Below, piece after piece: positions 9,013-18,128 of a stretch of DNA of 25,381 bases. The DNA is from a virus (Duplodnaviria; Caudoviricetes). The stretch covers positions 1-25,381 of IMG/VR virus record IMGVR_UViG_3300010398_000044, one strand, 5' to 3'. Numbering within the stretch: the first letter of the stretch is position 1; each line of letters opens with the position of its first letter. The position numbers and the translations under genes are program-made. The notes under the pieces are model-generated. The model ran no database searches, was not told where the DNA came from, and saw nothing but the letters and a program-made list of their open reading frames with translations.

Positions 9013-9062
9013 CTGCATCTAACGGCCAGTGAATGCCGCTAGATGCAGCTGGGGGCATTATA
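9013..9062 (-). promoter_or_regulatory. Putative late promoter -10 (TATAAT) followed by a 14-bp 5'-UTR stem-loop
   Basis: TATAAT on the minus strand at 9062-9057, with no good -35. Minus-strand RNA CUGCAUCUAGCGGC-8nt-GCCGUUAGAUGCAG (9048-9013) pairs fully with one G-U and lies just before the RBS. Confidence 0.55.
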
Positions 9063-9079
9063 ACGGACTCGGGCGGAAA

Positions 9080-9310
9080 TCAGGCGACGTGCCGCCGCCG
9101 CGCCTTCTTGGTCTTGTGCCGGGCCGAGCCGGGAGGGCAGCGCAGCAATCTGGCCATCTGCTGCAGCCCGGAGGACAGATCAAGATCCAGTTCATGCATC
9201 AACGCAAAAATTAAATAATAAGCAGCGGGCCGCCGTTCGCACGGCACATTCTCTTGTGTGTAGGCGAACAGCATCTCTGCCATCTGCAACGGCACAGCTT
9301 TGGATAACAT
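9080..9310 (-). CDS. Hypothetical protein (76 aa, start MLSKAVPLQ) divergent from the XRE gene
   Basis: ATG at 9310 with GGGAGG about 10 nt upstream; basic C-terminal tail; no family recognised. Confidence 0.45.
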   Translation of the reverse strand: MLSKAVPLQMAEMLFAYTQENVPCERRPAAYYLIFALMHELDLDLSSGLQQMARLLRCPPGSARHKTKKARRRHVA

Positions 9311-9513
9311 TTTAAAAGGGCCTCCCGTCAACAATTTCCCCGTTCTGGCACGTAACAAGATGAAAGGGAGGTTACACCCACCGCGTCGCGCAGTCAACAT
9401 GAAATACCAGACAGCGGGACTTTTTTCATACCGGGCCAGACCGGTGCGAGCAGCCGCAAAAATTATCATCACCGCCGTTGAATATCTTTCAGCCAAGCCG
9501 GAAGATTTCTTAT

Positions 9514-9551
9514 ACGCCCGTACGGGCGTGGCATAATCAGGCGTGGCATAA
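9514..9551. promoter_or_regulatory. Putative operator(s) upstream of the XRE gene
   Basis: Perfect 16-bp palindrome ACGCCCGTACGGGCGT (9514-9529) overlaps the direct repeat GGCGTGGCATAA at 9525-9536 and 9540-9551. Confidence 0.5.
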
Positions 9552-9563
9552 CAGGGGGCCGCG

Positions 9564-9827
9564 ATGCGAGGATGGCTGCGCATGCGCGATCCGAGCGCCG
9601 CAGCGGTGCGGCGCGCTCTAGGCAAAGCCATACGCAGGCTCCGCGAACACGCCGGAATCTCCCAGGAACAACTGGCGCTCGAATCAGGAATCGGCCGCAG
9701 TTATATGGGGCGCCTGGAACGGGGCGAGGCTTCGCCCACCTATGTCACGGCGCGCAAGCTGTTGCGCCCCCTCGGGATCGGTTTCGGCGGGCTGGGCACC
9801 GAGCTGGACCGGCAGCTGAAGAAATAG
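9564..9827 (+). CDS. XRE-family helix-turn-helix regulator (start may be 9582)
   Basis: LGKAIRRLREHAGISQEQLALESGIGRSYMGRLERGEASPT is a classic HTH_XRE. Confidence 0.9.
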   Translation: MRGWLRMRDPSAAAVRRALGKAIRRLREHAGISQEQLALESGIGRSYMGRLERGEASPTYVTARKLLRPLGIGFGGLGTELDRQLKK

Positions 9828-9845
9828 CCAAAAGATAAAGTAACC

Positions 9846-10355
9846 TCAGGCCTCGGATGCTGCGCCTTCCGAGGTGGGCGCTGCTTGGTCCGGCGGCGGC
9901 TCGATCCCCAGCGCGCGCAGGCTCGGCACATAGTCCACACTCGTCTCCCGCCACTCCCGCAGCTTGAGCAGAATCATCCGGCGCACTGACTCGTCATACA
10001 GGCCCAGCTTCCGGGAGCCGAAACAGAAGGACCAGAACGCGTACGTGTCCAGCTGCATCTCCGGCGGCAAGGACTCCCAGAGCAGGCGCCCCGACATTGC
10101 CCGGTCCTTGCCCTGCTGGTTTTGCTTGAGCCACTGCCAGACGCCCTGCTCCACTACGTCGGTCAGGCTCCAGCCCACCTGCGTGGCGAACGTCTGCGCC
10201 ACCTCGAACAGGTTCTCGTCCATGCGCACGGTCACCTGCTTCTTGTAGCGGCGGCGCAGCGGGCGCTCGCGCTTTTCTTTCTCGGGGGCGGCGCCGGTCT
10301 CCGCAACCACTTCCTCAGCGGCCTTTTTCGGTTCCTTTGGTTTTCTGGTTGGCAT
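9846..10355 (-). CDS. Ribbon-helix-helix-like DNA-binding protein (putative repressor)
   Basis: KKQVTVRMDENLFEVAQTFATQVGWSLTDVVEQGVWQWL fits an RHH strand plus two helices; divergent from the replication operon. Confidence 0.65.
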   Translation of the reverse strand: MPTRKPKEPKKAAEEVVAETGAAPEKEKRERPLRRRYKKQVTVRMDENLFEVAQTFATQVGWSLTDVVEQGVWQWLKQNQQGKDRAMSGRLLWESLPPEMQLDTYAFWSFCFGSRKLGLYDESVRRMILLKLREWRETSVDYVPSLRALGIEPPPDQAAPTSEGAASEA

Positions 10356-10395
10356 AATATCACTTTGGTTTCTGGTATTGACTAGTTTTCAAGAC

Positions 10396-10424
10396 TTGAC
10401 ATTAGTCGCATACGGGACGAGAAT
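10396..10424 (+). promoter_or_regulatory. Sigma70-like promoter for the replication operon
   Basis: TTGACA (10396-10401), 17-nt spacer, GAGAAT (10419-10424); AGGAGG RBS before ATG 10470. Confidence 0.6.
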
Positions 10425-10469
10425 CGAATCCTGTCCGAATTTCTCCCTGGGCCAGGAGGATATGACTCG

Positions 10470-10808
10470 ATGCCCGCGCGTAACGCACATACACAATCAT
10501 CTCCCGAGATCCGCCGCGATAACACCGCGGATGGCAACGTTTCACCCCAAGATTCGCTGCTGAACGTACTGGAGCGGCTGCTCACCAGCCAGGATCCGGC
10601 CGACCGGACGGTTGCTGAAGTGATTCATGTCATGGTCCGGCACTTACGCTTTATCCCCATTGAAACCGATGAACGGGACTTGGAAGTACTCCTGTCTCTG
10701 TCCATCGCCATGGCCCGCGCCCGCCGACTTACCGAGAGCAACGCAGTTCACGGCTCGACAGACACATGCCAAAAACCTTTTGACAACAACTTGGCATCTC
10801 AAGGCTAA
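10470..10808 (+). CDS. Hypothetical protein
   Basis: Strong AGGAGG RBS; first gene after the promoter; no family recognised. Confidence 0.6.
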   Translation: MPARNAHTQSSPEIRRDNTADGNVSPQDSLLNVLERLLTSQDPADRTVAEVIHVMVRHLRFIPIETDERDLEVLLSLSIAMARARRLTESNAVHGSTDTCQKPFDNNLASQG

Positions 10809-10823
10809 ACCAAGCGCACGGTT

Positions 10824-12341
10824 ATGGCAATAGATCATTCAGCTAATCTCGCCAATCCTGCCAATCTCGCCAACCCTGTCAATCTCGACAGTCTCTGGGA
10901 ACACCAACGGCGTGCGCTCGCTTTCGTGCTGGAGCGCTGGGCCAGCGGCCACCTGGGCGTAATGCTCGCCATGATCATGGGCGCGGGTAAATCGCGCGTG
11001 GCCATCGCCGCGGCGCACTGCCGCAAGCTGAGCCCCATTCTCATCCTCTGCCCCCTACGGGTTGTGGAGGTATGGAAGGAGCAGTTCGAAAGATACTTGC
11101 CGGGCGCCTACGAGTTCCTGGCTTTAGACGACCGCATTAAAAGTGTCAGTGAAAAAACCCGGCTGGCGCGCGACTTACTGGCGTGGTCTACCGCGCGAAA
11201 AAAGCCGATAGTCATCTGCGCAAATTATGAGTCAGCAAGGCTGCAGCCGTTCGCGCACTGGGCATTGGCCACCGTCTGGGATCTGGTAATTACTGACGAA
11301 AGTCACAGGTTAAAAAGTCCAGGCGGCTCCATCTCCCGTTTCGTCGGCCGCCTGGGCCTGATGGCCAAACACCGGCTGGCGCTCACCGGTACCCCCATGC
11401 CACACAGCCCCCTGGATGTCTGGGCGCAGTACCGCTTCCTCGACCGCTCGGTCTACGATTTGACCTTCGCTTCCTTCCAGGCCAGATACGCCGTGATGGG
11501 CGGCTTCTACGCCGCCGGAAAACACCGCGAGGTCATCGACTGGCAGAACCTGGGCGAGCTGCGGGAAAAGTTCTTCTCGCGGGCCTTCCAGGTAGGGCCG
11601 GAAGTACTCGACCTGCCCGGCGAGCGGGACCAGAACCTCTATACCAGCCTGGGCAGCGGCGGCGCCAAGGTCTACGACGAGCTGGAAGAGGACTTCGTCA
11701 CCCAGCTGACCTCGGGCGAGTTCATCACCGCGGCGAACAAATTAGTCCAACTCCTACGGCTTCAACAAATAACCTCGGGCGCCGCCAAGACCGAGAGCGG
11801 CGTTATCGCCGAAGTCGACCATACCAAAGAGCAGCTGCTGGAAGACCTGCTGGAGGACCTGGACGCATACGAACCGGTGGTGGTCTTCTGCCGGTTCAAA
11901 TACGATCTCGACGTAGTCCATCGCGTGGCGCGGCGCCTGGGCCGGGCCTCCGGCGAGCTGAGCGGAACGATCGACGATCTGGCCGCCTGGAAGCGCGGCG
12001 CCAGCGGTGATCCGGTGATCCTGGCCGTGCAGATCCAGGCGGGGGGCGTCGGCATCGATCTGACGCGGGCGCGCTACGCGGTTTATTACTCGTTGGGCTT
12101 CAGCCTGGGCGATTACCTGCAGAGCCGGGCCAGGATCTACCGGCCGGGGCAGACCCGGCCCGCCATGTTCTATCACCTGTTTGTCCGCAATACCGTCGAC
12201 CAGATCATCGCGCGCGCCCTGGCCGCGCGCCAGAACCTCATCGATTTCGTACTCAAGGAGTTGCAATGCAAGCACGGACCGGTACCGCCGAGTGGCGCGA
12301 CACCCCCGCGGGAAGAGCCTTCACCCGCTTCGCGCAGCTGA
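10824..12341 (+). CDS. SNF2-family (SF2) helicase
   Basis: Motif I MGAGKS, motif II DESH, motif III ALTGTP, motif V GGVGIDLT, motif VI QSRARIYRPGQ. Confidence 0.93.
   Translation: MAIDHSANLANPANLANPVNLDSLWEHQRRALAFVLERWASGHLGVMLAMIMGAGKSRVAIAAAHCRKLSPILILCPLRVVEVWKEQFERYLPGAYEFLALDDRIKSVSEKTRLARDLLAWSTARKKPIVICANYESARLQPFAHWALATVWDLVITDESHRLKSPGGSISRFVGRLGLMAKHRLALTGTPMPHSPLDVWAQYRFLDRSVYDLTFASFQARYAVMGGFYAAGKHREVIDWQNLGELREKFFSRAFQVGPEVLDLPGERDQNLYTSLGSGGAKVYDELEEDFVTQLTSGEFITAANKLVQLLRLQQITSGAAKTESGVIAEVDHTKEQLLEDLLEDLDAYEPVVVFCRFKYDLDVVHRVARRLGRASGELSGTIDDLAAWKRGASGDPVILAVQIQAGGVGIDLTRARYAVYYSLGFSLGDYLQSRARIYRPGQTRPAMFYHLFVRNTVDQIIARALAARQNLIDFVLKELQCKHGPVPPSGATPPREEPSPASRS
10842..10887. 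repeat. 9/18-bp tandem repeat (ANLANP x2.5)
   Basis: gctaatctc gccaatcct gccaatctc gccaaccct gtcaatctc. Confidence 0.7.
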
Positions 12342-12781
12342 CCCGGCAGAAACGCGCCCTGGTAGACACGCTGCGCGCGATCGAAGCCGAGATCGGGCTG
12401 CTCGAATTCGAGCTGCGCGACTACCTGTCGAGCGGCCTGGAGAAGGTGACCGTGGACGGCCTCACCATCCACCTGCGCCGCCAGATCTTCGTCCGGCACA
12501 AAGAGGACGCCAGCGCGGCCGAAGTCATCGAAGCGCTCAAGCGGAACGAAATGGGCCATTTCGTAAAAGAGCAATACATCGTGGCGTCCCTCTCGGCGCA
12601 CGTGCGCCAGCTGGAGGCGATTCACCAGGACGAACTCGACGAAGGCACGATCGAGTCGGTCGCCTGCTACCTGCCGCGGGACGTGGCCGCGGTGCTGAAC
12701 ATCGACCCGACCTATCAGGTGGTGGCGCTCGATACCGGGAAAGAAAAGAAGGCCAAGAAGAGCGAAGACGACTTCGAATGA
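12266..12781 (+). CDS. Coiled-coil phage replication-module protein
   Basis: AAGGAG RBS. N-terminal coiled coil followed by GLEKVTVDGLTIHL...SLSAHVRQL, a type commonly found between helicase and SSB genes. Overlaps the helicase 3' end by 76 nt. Confidence 0.7.
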   Translation: MQARTGTAEWRDTPAGRAFTRFAQLTRQKRALVDTLRAIEAEIGLLEFELRDYLSSGLEKVTVDGLTIHLRRQIFVRHKEDASAAEVIEALKRNEMGHFVKEQYIVASLSAHVRQLEAIHQDELDEGTIESVACYLPRDVAAVLNIDPTYQVVALDTGKEKKAKKSEDDFE

Positions 12782-12856
12782 TTTTTACGGGCGGCCAATC
12801 TCGCAAGGCCGCCCGCACACCATCAACCGAATCAACCAAGGAACTACGAGGACATT

Positions 12857-13693
12857 ATGACAGAAACGAATCTGACGGTACTGCCGCCCGACGAAACGGA
12901 GTATACGCTCCTTAACCCTGAGAATATGGCACAGATGATGGATGTATTCCAGCAGAATGTCGGCTCCGACGGAATCAGCAGCCTGGACCTGCCGCGCATC
13001 AAAGTCGCCGCCGGAGATACCCAAGTATTCAAATTGCAGGGGTTACAAGGCGACGAGACCGAGAAACAGCTGGAGGGGATTATCCTGGCATGGCGCAAGG
13101 GCCGCCTGTACTGGAAAGAAGACCCCAACCAGCCGGGCGCGCGCATCAAGCGTCCGCCCGACTGCGTCTCCAAGGACGCGGTGACCGGCGAGGGCGACCC
13201 CGGCGGGGAGTGCGCGCTCTGCCCCTACGCCAAGTTCGGCAGTAATCCGAAGGGCGGCCGCGGGCAGGCCTGCAAACAGATCCGGCAGCTGCTGCTGGTG
13301 CGGCCCGGCGAATCGCTGCCCTACCTGATCGCCGTGCCGCCCACCTCCTTGAAACCGGCCAGCCAGTACTTCCTGATGCTGTGGTCGCGGCAGGTTCCCT
13401 TCTGGGCCGTCACCACCAAGCTCCAGCTGGATCTGGTGCGGAACGCCGACGGCATCGAATACAGCAAAATTCAGTTCAGCCTGGGGCGCCGCCTGTCGCC
13501 GCAGGAGAAGGGCGTGCTGCAGCCCTATCAGGAAAAGATGAGCGGGCTGCTCAGCCCCATGGCGCTCGACGCGGGCGACTACGACCGCGTGGACGACGAC
13601 GCGGCCGAGCCGCGCAGCGCGCCGCGCAGCTGGCGCGAGCAGCAGGAGAGACAGGCCCGGCAGGCCGAAGGCAAACCCAAACCACCTTTCTAA
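12857..13693 (+). CDS. Phage ssDNA-binding/annealing-like protein with Zn-binding Cys
   Basis: GAGG RBS. DLPRIK...PDCVS.D...GDPGGECALCPYAKFGS...GQACKQ...PPTSLK motifs; ends in PPF. Confidence 0.65.
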   Translation: MTETNLTVLPPDETEYTLLNPENMAQMMDVFQQNVGSDGISSLDLPRIKVAAGDTQVFKLQGLQGDETEKQLEGIILAWRKGRLYWKEDPNQPGARIKRPPDCVSKDAVTGEGDPGGECALCPYAKFGSNPKGGRGQACKQIRQLLLVRPGESLPYLIAVPPTSLKPASQYFLMLWSRQVPFWAVTTKLQLDLVRNADGIEYSKIQFSLGRRLSPQEKGVLQPYQEKMSGLLSPMALDAGDYDRVDDDAAEPRSAPRSWREQQERQARQAEGKPKPPF

Positions 13694-13714
13694 ACTCCCG
13701 CAGAGGAGGCACCG

Positions 13715-15760
13715 ATGAGGCTGACCGAGGACGACTACAAAAACTTAGAAAAATGCTTTATCACGCGGGAGCTGGCTACGGCGGCGGATGTCTACAGGGT
13801 CCCGAGTATCGAGGCGCAGGCGCTAGTTAACCGTAAAGGGGCGGGCAACTTCAGCGGAATCATTTTCCCCTGCCGGTGGCCGGGCGAGGCGAAGATCATG
13901 GTGTATCGCCTCCGCCTCGACGCGCCGCCGACCGATCCCCGCACCGGCAAGCCGCAGTACCGCTATCTCACGGCTGCGGGAAGCCGGAACCACTTCTACT
14001 GGCCGATGGAGGACCCGCGCTGGATTCAGGATATTTCGGTCCCGATTATCTTCGTAGAGGGGGAGAAGAAATATATCAGTCTGGTGCGGGTGGCGCGCGA
14101 GATGATGGCGGCGGCCAACGGCAAGGGCGACGGGCGCCCGCCCTTCATCCCCCTGGCTCTGTTCGGCGTCTGGGCATGGCGCGGCATCATCGGCATCCGC
14201 ACCAACCAGGACGGCGTGCGCGAGGAGGAGCGCGGCCCCATCCCCGACTTCGGGCGCGTCCCCTGGGCGGATACGGAGAATAATACCCCTAGATCCGCTT
14301 ATATCCTGTTCGACACCAACGTGCTGGCCAACAGCAGCGTGGGCGCGGCGCGCAACCATCTGGCACGGCACGTCGAAAGCCTGGGCGGGAGCGTCCACCT
14401 GATCAATCTCACCCCCGGACCGGGGGTGAATGGGATTGACGACTGGTTGGGAATTCACGGCTGGCAGACCTTTCCCGAGCTGATCGGGAAGGCCGTCAAA
14501 TACGACTGGCGCGAGCAGCTGGTGAGAAACGAAAAAGGCAAGATCTCCAATACCTTCGGCAACGCGCTCACCGCCCTGCGGATGGCTCCGGCATTTCAGG
14601 GCGTTTTATCCTTTAATGAGTTCGCGCTGGCGGTGGAGGCGCGGCGGCAGACCCCCTGGGGCGCCCCGCCGGGACCATGGAGCGATCATCACGATCTCCT
14701 GACCTGCGAGTGGCTCGAAAGGCAGGGGGTGCGGGTGGGCGACGGCGTGGCCGCCAACGCCGTGCTGACCGTGGCGCGGGAGAGCCCGCGGCACCCGGTC
14801 AAAGAATTTCTGGACCGGCTGGTGTGGGACAAGGTGCCAAGGATCGATAAATGGCTGACGACCTATTGCGGGGCGGCCGACTGCGACTACGCGCGGGCGA
14901 TCGCCTCGCGCTGGCTGATCAGCGCGGTGGCCCGCATCCGCGCGCCGGGGTGCCGCGTAGACCACGTCCTGATTCTGGAGGCCGATCAGGGCGCCGGGAA
15001 GAGTACGGTGTTTCAGATCCTCGGGTCCGAATTCTACAGCGACGACATTGCCGATTTAGGAACAAAAGACTCCCAAATGGGCACAATCGGCATCTGGGTC
15101 CTGGAATTGAGTGAACTCGATTCGATGTCGCGGGCGGAGGTCAACAAGATCAAGGCCTTCCTATCGCGGGCAGTCGATCACTTCAGGCCGCCGTACGGCC
15201 GGACGCTGATCCGGGCGCCCCGGCAAGTCGTCTTCGCCGGGACGGTCAACCATGGGAGCTATCTCCGGGACGAGACGGGGGGGCGGCGGTTCTGGCCGGT
15301 GAAGTGTGGCGCGATCGATCTGGAGGGGCTCAAGCGGGATCGAGACCAGCTGTGGGCGGAGGCTTGTGTCCGGCACGCCGCCGGAGAGGTCTGGTGGCTG
15401 GAAAAAGAAGGCCTCGTCCGCCTCGCCAGCGAACAGCAAGATGAGCGTTATGAACAAGATCCGTGGGAGCAGGCGATCCGCCGGTGGGTCGAGGCCCAGG
15501 CCAAAATGCTGGGGCCGGACGCCACCGTCGAATGCACCGCCGAAGACCTCCTCATCAATGCCATCGGCCGCCCCATGGGGCAGTGCAGCCGGGGCGACAG
15601 CGGCCGGGTGGGCCGCATCATCCATGGCCGCCTGAGCGACTGGCTGATCGAACGCGAAGGCAGCCGCGCCCGCCCCTACGACAAAGCCACCGGCAAACAA
15701 GGCACCCGTATCTACCAGTTCCGCCTCAAAGCCGCCCGTGCCGCGGCCGAGGAGGATTGA
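13715..15760 (+). CDS. Primase (TOPRIM/DUF3854-like) fused to VirE/VapE-type helicase
   Basis: N-terminal IIFVEGEKK, ILFDTN and GIDDW. C-terminal Walker A ILEADQGAGKST, ELSELD, FRPPYGR and FAGTVN..YLRDETGGRRFWPV. Confidence 0.9.
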   Translation: MRLTEDDYKNLEKCFITRELATAADVYRVPSIEAQALVNRKGAGNFSGIIFPCRWPGEAKIMVYRLRLDAPPTDPRTGKPQYRYLTAAGSRNHFYWPMEDPRWIQDISVPIIFVEGEKKYISLVRVAREMMAAANGKGDGRPPFIPLALFGVWAWRGIIGIRTNQDGVREEERGPIPDFGRVPWADTENNTPRSAYILFDTNVLANSSVGAARNHLARHVESLGGSVHLINLTPGPGVNGIDDWLGIHGWQTFPELIGKAVKYDWREQLVRNEKGKISNTFGNALTALRMAPAFQGVLSFNEFALAVEARRQTPWGAPPGPWSDHHDLLTCEWLERQGVRVGDGVAANAVLTVARESPRHPVKEFLDRLVWDKVPRIDKWLTTYCGAADCDYARAIASRWLISAVARIRAPGCRVDHVLILEADQGAGKSTVFQILGSEFYSDDIADLGTKDSQMGTIGIWVLELSELDSMSRAEVNKIKAFLSRAVDHFRPPYGRTLIRAPRQVVFAGTVNHGSYLRDETGGRRFWPVKCGAIDLEGLKRDRDQLWAEACVRHAAGEVWWLEKEGLVRLASEQQDERYEQDPWEQAIRRWVEAQAKMLGPDATVECTAEDLLINAIGRPMGQCSRGDSGRVGRIIHGRLSDWLIEREGSRARPYDKATGKQGTRIYQFRLKAARAAAEED

Positions 15761-15800
15761 ATATCGATGATGCCAGCACCAACAAAGCAAAGGAGTTTTT

Positions 15801-15947
15801 ATGGAAATGCCGTTCGGTAAGCACCAGGGCGAGGAGGTCGAAGACCTCCCTGATGACTATTTGAAATGGCTCCGCCGCGAGGTGGCATTCTTCTCGCGAA
15901 ATCTTTCAGAAACGTACCGGCGACCGGCTTTTGCGCCGCTCTGCTGA
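15801..15947 (+). CDS. DUF3820/QSregVF_b-like small protein (48 aa); not in the ORF track
   Basis: AAGGAG RBS; MEMPFGKHQGEEVEDLPDDYLKWL is the MPFGKH.G....LP..YL.W signature. Confidence 0.8.
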   Translation: MEMPFGKHQGEEVEDLPDDYLKWLRREVAFFSRNLSETYRRPAFAPLC

Positions 15948-16515
15948 TCTCCGCCGGATCCTGCAATGCCTTTCCCGCTGCCGTTTTCGCATGACCCGAC
16001 ACGCTGCCGCGACGCAACCCACTCCCTGGCCGCACGCTATTACGCCAGCCTCCACAGCCCTCTTTTCCTCTCATCCGCGCGGGGGCTTGCCCCCCGCGAC
16101 GCTATACTTGCTTTGTTATCAACACCTTTGCCTTATCGTGTCACTGCACGCCACCGCTCCCCTTCGCGCCGCGCGCCCTTTCTCAATAGTCCGACCCAGT
16201 GCCCGCCTTTTTCTGTCGGCACACCGCGCTGCCTGCCCTTCCTACGCTCCACACCTCTCAGCCGCAGGAGGGGTCCTCAACCCCTCCTGACGTTATGTTC
16301 TCGCGAAATCTTCCTGAAACGTGCGAAATGTCGCGAAGTGTTGCGGGCAGGGCGTGCTATGCTGCGATCGTGAACAGCGCAGAGCACGACGCATCTTAGT
16401 CTTACACCCTGGAATAGCGCGGCCCATGACGGAGTCTGCCCTTTCTCATCCCATCACATTCGCGGGGGAGAGCTTGCCCCTCCCCCGACGTAAGCCGATA
16501 TAAAATCAATTACAT

Positions 16516-16842
16516 ATGCAGAAAATCCGCGAGTCCTCCCTGCTCCGCTCCTGCTGTAACATACTTAAAACAATGGGGATAGTCTATAGGAAGCGCCATG
16601 GGAGCAGCTTCTCCACCGCCGGGGATCCCGACCTTTTTTTCGTCGTAAACGGCCAGCACTACGAGGTGGAGCTGAAGGTTCCAGGCGCCAAACCGACCGC
16701 GCTCCAGCGCCACCGCCTGAGCGAGTGGGAGCGGGCAGGGGCAACTTGTGTTGTAATCCACTCCGTGGTGGGTCTAAAAGAGTTGGTTGGTCACTTGGCT
16801 AGATGTGAAAATGAGGACCAAGTAAAGGCGAAGTTTCAGTAA
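16516..16842 (+). CDS. VRR-NUC-type PD-(D/E)xK nuclease (resolvase-like)
   Basis: E..L...AGDPDL...EVELKVPGAKPTALQ...ERAGA..VIHS. Confidence 0.88.
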   Translation: MQKIRESSLLRSCCNILKTMGIVYRKRHGSSFSTAGDPDLFFVVNGQHYEVELKVPGAKPTALQRHRLSEWERAGATCVVIHSVVGLKELVGHLARCENEDQVKAKFQ

Positions 16843-17077
16843 ATCGCAAAATCACTTGGCTTGGTTTGACTTGTTGGTCACATAACCTTCAGCAGTACCG
16901 CGAGCTGGATCGTGGTTCAAGCTGGCTTGTCTGTAAGTTGTTGATTTCCGGTTCTTAGTCTATATAACCAATATAACCATATGTGTGTGTGTGTGTGTGT
17001 GGTAATTACCGCACAACACGCGCGCGCGTACGCACACACACGCGAGGCGCTTAGTTGGTTGGATTGACTTGTTGGCT
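16783..17077. other. Putative replication origin: TTGG(T/C)T boxes, an IHF-consensus site and (TG)10/(CG)n/(CA)n tracts
   Basis: TTGGTTTGACTTGTTGG (16861-16877) vs TTGGATTGACTTGTTGG (17059-17075); TCACTTGGCT twice; inverted AACCA boxes; AT-rich core; follows the replication genes. Confidence 0.5.
16982..17001. repeat. (TG)10 dinucleotide tract
   Basis: Read directly; followed by the palindrome GGTAATTACC and by (CG)n and (CA)n runs. Confidence 0.95.
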
Positions 17078-17579
17078 AGTCCTGCGGGTTGGAAAGGAAC
17101 TGAGGGCGACCGCAGCTTACCCCCGGCTGCCCCCACCCGTCAAGGGAAAAATTTAAACCGGAGGGCTGGGTCCGAAAATGGGGAGAGGATGGGCGAGGAA
17201 CTAAGGCACGGGCTCCCGGCCCCCTCGCTTCGCGTCCCGCGGGGGTGCCGTACCCGGTGGGGGTCGACCACCCCCACACCATGGTGACACCCACGGCGGA
17301 GACTATGGCCATGCCGTCAGTATTGTGAGGTGCTGGCTGACGCCTAGCGCTATGGCCCCCGGCGCGAAACGGGGCAAACAGGCTAATCAGAATGCGCGTT
17401 ATGAAAACCCAGAAACCGGACAATGCAATCCGAAACAGCCGAGGCGCCGCCCGAAAGGCGGGCCGGGCGCCGGAGACAGGCTCGTAGGATGGGCCGCGGA
17501 GGCCCTTCCGAGGGCCGTAGCTGCATTGAAAGCAGGGCAGTAGTCCCTCACTCCTGGCTCCTCGTCCCCCGGCCGCGCT

Positions 17580-18128
17580 ATGCTGTTTGTTACGCCATTG
17601 CTCACACTAACGCCAAAACAGCGCAAGTTCGCCAAACTCGTCGCGGACGGCATGACGCAAGCCGATGCATACACAGAAGTTTGGGGGCGCGGGGAGGGGA
17701 CGGCGAAGACGCGTGGTGAGGTAGCGTGTCGGATGGCGAACCGGCCGGAGGTAGTAGAGGCGATTGAGCAATTCCAGTTGAAGATGGAGCCGGTGGTAGA
17801 TTTACGGCAGTTACGGGCGGAGATGCTGGCGAGCATACGCTGGTTGGCGAGGGAGAGTCCTGATCAGCGGGTACGGTTAGCGGCGGCGATAGATTTACGG
17901 AACTATGCAGACGAGCGGCAGGAGCGGGAGCGGAAGCTGCTGGCGAAGAGTCCGGTGAGTGCGGAATCGTTGCTGGCGGAACTGGCGGAACTGCGCAGCC
18001 GGAAAGCGGCGCCGCAGACGCTGGAGTTGGAGGCAGTGCCTGCGGGCGGGCCTAATTCGGCCCCGGAATCGTCCGCCGAGGTCCGGGAGGATGCTGACGG
18101 TCACCCGGACCCTGCGGACGCAATCTAG
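17580..18128 (+). CDS. terS: Terminase small subunit-like protein (start uncertain)
   Basis: LTPKQRKFAKLVADGMTQADAY...ACRMANRPEVVEAI is the TerS N-terminal HTH pattern, followed by SPDQRVRLAAA. Confidence 0.7.
   Translation: MLFVTPLLTLTPKQRKFAKLVADGMTQADAYTEVWGRGEGTAKTRGEVACRMANRPEVVEAIEQFQLKMEPVVDLRQLRAEMLASIRWLARESPDQRVRLAAAIDLRNYADERQERERKLLAKSPVSAESLLAELAELRSRKAAPQTLELEAVPAGGPNSAPESSAEVREDADGHPDPADAI

Noticed and set aside
16370-16397. GTGAAC-N15-GCATCTT as a further array-type promoter
   Set aside because: The spacer is too short, the -35 deviates and there is no TTTCAC box.
15931-16503. ORFs 15931-16290, 15966-16373 and 16321-16503
   Set aside because: No RBS, atypical codon usage and low-complexity products; treated as non-coding.
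17330-17470. CTGAC...CGAAAC words as another hammerhead
   Set aside because: No CUGANGA core and no consistent stems I-III could be built.
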